The position numbers and the translations under genes are program-made. A DNA stretch of 64,000 nt from Patescibacteria group bacterium (lineage in GTDB: Bacteria; Patescibacteriota; Patescibacteriia; Patescibacteriales; JBAZCA01), in assembly GCA_041661505.1 (NCBI GenBank), contig JBAZUF010000001.1, positions 369,576 through 433,575 of the forward strand, read 5' to 3'. Of this stretch, positions 60,730 through 64,000 are shown one piece after another. The notes beneath the pieces were generated by a model. That model did no database searches. It saw nothing but the letters and a program-made list of their open reading frames with translations, and was not told where the DNA came from. Each line of letters opens with the position of its first letter. The stretch's first letter is position 1.

Positions 60730-61314
60730 TTACTGGCTTTCTTCTTGCCATTCGGCATTATCCACTTTCCATCCGTTGCCAACGCGGACTATCGTCAGAA
60801 GCAAGTCTTGGTTAAATTTCCGGCCGCCTTTTTCTCCCGCTTTGGCTTCTTGGCGCTCTAAGGTAAACATAAGAAGATATTTTCCGGCGCTGTCATCCAG
60901 TGAAATCACCTGCTGGGATAAAACTTCGGTAGTGGTATATTGGCCGGCCGGATTTTTTGATTGGCTAATTATTTTTTCCTTTTGCTCTTCCTCTTTCTTC
61001 ATCTCCTCCGTCATTTTCGGACCTAGCTCTTTTAGAGTAGCTTTGCCATAGGCTTGGGCGAATGAGCTCGCGAGCTCCCCGGCTACTGGGTCAAGCTCTT
61101 GAATATCTATATCTTCCGGCAGCTGGATATCCGGTATTACAGATCCGGCTTTGACTGCTTCGTCATTTGCATTTACTGAATCCGCCGGCTTGATTGAATT
61201 TAACTTCCCTGCATTAGACAGTTTAATCAGATAAAACGACATCCCAAAAGCCGACACCCCAAGTATCAGATTAAATATCAGAAGTAAAACAATGATTTTT
61301 TCTTTGTTTAACAT
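60730..61314 (-). CDS. Cassette 2, gene c: membrane-anchored approximately 194-aa protein
   Basis: Start at MLNKEKIIVLLLIF (ATG 61314). About 80% identical to 57805-58383. Confidence 0.7.
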   Translation of the reverse strand: MLNKEKIIVLLLIFNLILGVSAFGMSFYLIKLSNAGKLNSIKPADSVNANDEAVKAGSVIPDIQLPEDIDIQELDPVAGELASSFAQAYGKATLKELGPKMTEEMKKEEEQKEKIISQSKNPAGQYTTTEVLSQQVISLDDSAGKYLLMFTLERQEAKAGEKGGRKFNQDLLLTIVRVGNGWKVDNAEWQEESQ

Positions 61315-61324
61315 AATTCCGAGG

Positions 61325-62467
61325 TTAATAGCAGAGGGTTTGAGCAAAATTCGCCCAGCAGGTTTTATTTATGATATCACAACTCGACGTTTCCCCGTTA
61401 TAAAATGCGTCGCCATAGTCGCGAGTTTCCAGGGGAGTGTTGCTCCAACCATGGCTTCCGGTAGTACAATCCGCGGGGGGGCACATTCCTCCAGTCGGAT
61501 TAACTGCCGCTTCGCCTTTACAGACGTGCGGATAAGTAGTTGACCAATTAGCCACATAAGTCCAGCCAGAAGCGCAGTAGCTGGGGAAAATACAGTAATC
61601 ACCCGACACGGTTCCTCCGGCGGCAGTACATTGGGCCTCTGTGTGGTATCCTTTGTATAAATCTTCCGGCAGCAATTCCATACAAAAGTACAATTTTACT
61701 TCGCTACGTTCATTGCCGCCATTTATGCTAAGATGCGTATCTTCTTCGTCTTCGTCTGTACGAACGCCAAACAATTCCCGATTTGAGCCACAACCGCTGA
61801 AAGAAGCGTAATATTTTCTTGCTTTTCCGCCTGAAGCCTGCCAAGTCCCCACTCCATTAGCATCCGAGGTCAAAACCTTTCCGGCGGCCTGATTGCCGTC
61901 GGTTATTTTTATCTTTCCATTTACTTCCAGTTTTTGCCCAGGATTAGTTGTTCCAATGCCTACGTTTCCGCCAATAATCGCTCCGTTTGATGGCGGAAGA
62001 GCTCCGCTGTATCCAATAGTTAATCCGGCGTTACTGCCCAGGACATTATCCACCCATACGTTTTTATTGTTAAAGGCTCTTATCCAGTTTGAGTCAAACA
62101 TATACCAGCCTCCGCCGTAGGTTTCGTTATACCAGCCAGTCGTTCCGGTAGTTCGCAGCCAGGCGTTTTGAGCGCGGATTTCCCCGACAACATCCAATCG
62201 GTATCCAGGCGCTAGCGTCCCTATCCCGACGTTGCCGTTTTCAACCAATAAGCCGCTCGAAGCGGCCGCGCCGGTATGATTTAAAATTATTCCGCCGTCT
62301 TTTTGCTGGAAAGCCGAAGAAGTGTTTAGAGGGGCGGAAATATTTCCGTCTGGCGCGGTCTCTTTAGGAGAAATCCAGGCGGCCAAAAGGGATTGAAGAG
62401 AAATTGAAAGTCCAAGAGTAATAACTACCGAAGCTATTATTAAAATTGTTAATTTATGGGCTTTCAT
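61325..62467 (-). CDS. Cassette 2, gene b: fibre-like protein (380 aa) with GNVGIGT repeats and a Cys-rich C-terminal domain
   Basis: The N-terminal region and C-terminal Cys-rich domain are homologous to 58395-60050. The middle is shorter and diverged. Confidence 0.7.
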   Translation of the reverse strand: MKAHKLTILIIASVVITLGLSISLQSLLAAWISPKETAPDGNISAPLNTSSAFQQKDGGIILNHTGAAASSGLLVENGNVGIGTLAPGYRLDVVGEIRAQNAWLRTTGTTGWYNETYGGGWYMFDSNWIRAFNNKNVWVDNVLGSNAGLTIGYSGALPPSNGAIIGGNVGIGTTNPGQKLEVNGKIKITDGNQAAGKVLTSDANGVGTWQASGGKARKYYASFSGCGSNRELFGVRTDEDEEDTHLSINGGNERSEVKLYFCMELLPEDLYKGYHTEAQCTAAGGTVSGDYCIFPSYCASGWTYVANWSTTYPHVCKGEAAVNPTGGMCPPADCTTGSHGWSNTPLETRDYGDAFYNGETSSCDIINKTCWANFAQTLCY

Positions 62468-62468
62468 A

Positions 62469-62831
62469 TTAATCTATCCCTAATTCATTTTTTACTATCA
62501 CGCTTGGATTATAAATAAAATTAAGTTCTTCTTGGGTATAAGATCTTCCTTCGGCCGCTTTTTGGATCTCGCCTACCCGTTTTTTAACTTTTTCCTTTAT
62601 TACCTCATCCAATACGTTCTCTTCTTCAGGCGACAACGGCTCGTTATTTTTCTTCTTTTCGATAATGCCAATTAAATCCGCCGGGAGTATGCTGGTATTT
62701 TCATTTTGCGCTTTGTCCCATGGGCTAGAGTTCATCCATCCGGCGTTAGTAAAAAGAAAATATGAAGCCACGCCGACAACTAATAGTACGGCAATTATTG
62801 AAAAGGAAATTATATCTTTTTTCGAATTCAT
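62469..62831 (-). CDS. Cassette 2, gene a: 120-aa single-pass membrane protein
   Basis: Paralog of 60139-60501. Its stop lies 1 nt before the start of gene b. Confidence 0.65.
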   Translation of the reverse strand: MNSKKDIISFSIIAVLLVVGVASYFLFTNAGWMNSSPWDKAQNENTSILPADLIGIIEKKKNNEPLSPEEENVLDEVIKEKVKKRVGEIQKAAEGRSYTQEELNFIYNPSVIVKNELGID

Positions 62832-62912
62832 GCCTGGATATTAAAAATTCTTAATATAAAGCCGGCGGCGTAAGCATGAGCTTTAATTTTCTTCGAGGCC
62901 CAAGCTATACAT

Positions 62913-62921
62913 ATTCTACCA
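62913..62921 (-). promoter_or_regulatory. Extended -10 element TGGTAGAAT upstream of cassette 2
   Basis: The minus strand reads aaaagtggtagaatatgta. Confidence 0.4.
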
Positions 62922-63030
62922 CTTTTAATGAAAACGCGGGAGGGGGCAGATATTGAAATAAGGCAAAATCCCTGCTAAGCTGGATTAGTAAATTATATTA
63001 GCCATAAAAAAGGACTAGAAAAATATTAAT

Positions 63031-64000
63031 ATGCTTTCAATCGGAATCGTCGGGCTCCCGAACGTCGGAAAATCGACCTTATTTAACGTCCTAACCAAAA
63101 AGGGCGTAGCGGCGGAAAACTTCCCGTTTTGTACTATTGACCCGAATGTCGGGGTAGTTAGCGTGCCGGACGGACGGCTGGAAGAGATTGCCGCTATATC
63201 AAAGCCAAAAAAAATTATCCCCACGGCGATTGAGTTTGTCGATATTGCCGGCTTGGTTAAAGGCGCCCATAAAGGCGAAGGGCTCGGAAACCAATTTTTG
63301 TCGCACATTAGAGAATGCGACGCGATTTGCGAAGTGGTGCGGGCGTTTGACAATGAAAACATAATCCACGTTGAGGGAAAAATTGATCCGGAGCGCGACC
63401 AGGAAACTATAAACATGGAACTCATATTTGCCGATATGAAAACCGTTGAAAAAGCGCTCGACCGGGCCGGACGAGAAGCTAAAAGCGGCAATAAGGACAT
63501 GATCCTGGAAAAGCAAATCCTTGAAAAAATAAAAGCCGGACTGGAAGCCGGTCGATCGGCCCGGCAGATTGATCTGAACGAAGAAGAGAAAAAAATAATT
63601 AAGTCCCTTAGCCTCTTAACTTTAAAACCGATTATCTACGCGCTAAACACGGATAATGACGCACCGGTGGATACGTCAAAATGGGACGGGCAAATAATAA
63701 AAATCAACGCAAAGATTGAAGAAGAGATCGCTAATTTAAACGAAGACGAGCAAAAAGAATTTATGAGCGAATTGGGCATTTCTGAACGGGGGCTCGATAA
63801 ACTGATCCGCGCTTCTTACGAATTATTGGGACTGATTACTTTTTTTACGACCGGGCCGGACGAGACCCGGGCTTGGACCGTAAAACGCGGGTCTAAAGCC
63901 CCGCAGGCGGCCGGAGTAATCCACACGGATTTTTCCCAAGGTTTTGTCCGGGCTGAAGTTATGGATTATAGAAAATTCTTGGAAGCCGGAGGAGAATCGC
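63031..64000 (+). CDS. ychF: Ribosome-binding ATPase YchF (3' end outside window)
   Basis: MLSIGIVGLPNVGKSTLFNVLT...FCTIDPNVG...DIAGLVKGAHKGEGLGNQFL. The frame is open to the window end and is absent from the ORF track because no stop is reached. Confidence 0.9.
   Translation, partial: MLSIGIVGLPNVGKSTLFNVLTKKGVAAENFPFCTIDPNVGVVSVPDGRLEEIAAISKPKKIIPTAIEFVDIAGLVKGAHKGEGLGNQFLSHIRECDAICEVVRAFDNENIIHVEGKIDPERDQETINMELIFADMKTVEKALDRAGREAKSGNKDMILEKQILEKIKAGLEAGRSARQIDLNEEEKKIIKSLSLLTLKPIIYALNTDNDAPVDTSKWDGQIIKINAKIEEEIANLNEDEQKEFMSELGISERGLDKLIRASYELLGLITFFTTGPDETRAWTVKRGSKAPQAAGVIHTDFSQGFVRAEVMDYRKFLEAGGES

Noticed and set aside
63015-63516. Minus-strand ORFs 63015-63500 and 63199-63516.
   Set aside because: They are antisense shadows of the plus-strand ychF gene (63031 to the window end), which has the unmistakable G1-G4 GTPase/ATPase motifs.

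Overview
The window reads as a compact, gene-dense bacterial genome with short spacers and about 42% GC by eye. Its content suggests a Patescibacteria/CPR (Parcubacteria-like) organism, which is an inference: many membrane-anchored secreted proteins, an H+-pyrophosphatase, glycogen/GH57 genes, no respiratory chain, and small homing-type nucleases sitting directly against tRNA genes.

Housekeeping genes:
- Translation and RNA: tsaD, RNase J, secG, rplT-rpmI-infC, smpB plus tmRNA, tig, nusA, greA, ychF, and a TrmH-family methylase.
- Other: hppA, sodA, hsp20, and an ABC-F ATPase.
- RNA genes: six tRNAs, namely Leu-CAG, Gly-GCC, Leu-UAA, His-GUG, Arg-UCU and Asp-GUC.

Observations worth follow-up, strongest first:
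1. A leader on the minus strand (43107-43336) carries the core motifs of a cobalamin riboswitch. It sits in front of a two-gene operon encoding a DUF4430 protein and a DUF4430 plus alpha/alpha-toroid (transcobalamin-like) surface protein. This is a candidate, uncharacterised B12-capture system, and the same window encodes two B12-dependent radical SAM enzymes.
2. A 286-bp unit is tandemly repeated upstream of tRNA-Asp. Each unit holds a GIY-YIG nuclease gene plus the 5' half of tRNA-Asp, the homology breaks inside the anticodon, and a 20-nt perfect palindrome is inserted in the displaced tRNA fragments.
3. Two HNH nuclease genes end 1 nt into tRNA-Leu and 3 nt before tRNA-His.
4. A three-gene surface-fibre cassette is duplicated in tandem (57805-62831). 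Near-identical tracts alternate with highly diverged ones.
5. Three paralogous TrmB-like regulators are each divergent from radical SAM genes (four enzymes in total). TGTCAA/TTGACA palindromes sit in the shared promoter regions.
6. An operon combines a double FMN-binding protein, ApbE, and an RnfD-like/FNR fusion.
7. A VbhA/Fic-type module is fused to the smpB-ssrA-HNH-tRNA transcription unit.
8. A family of short GC-rich hairpin repeats occurs in spacers, along with two larger perfect inverted-repeat structures.

I found no CRISPR array, rRNA, integrase or transposase.
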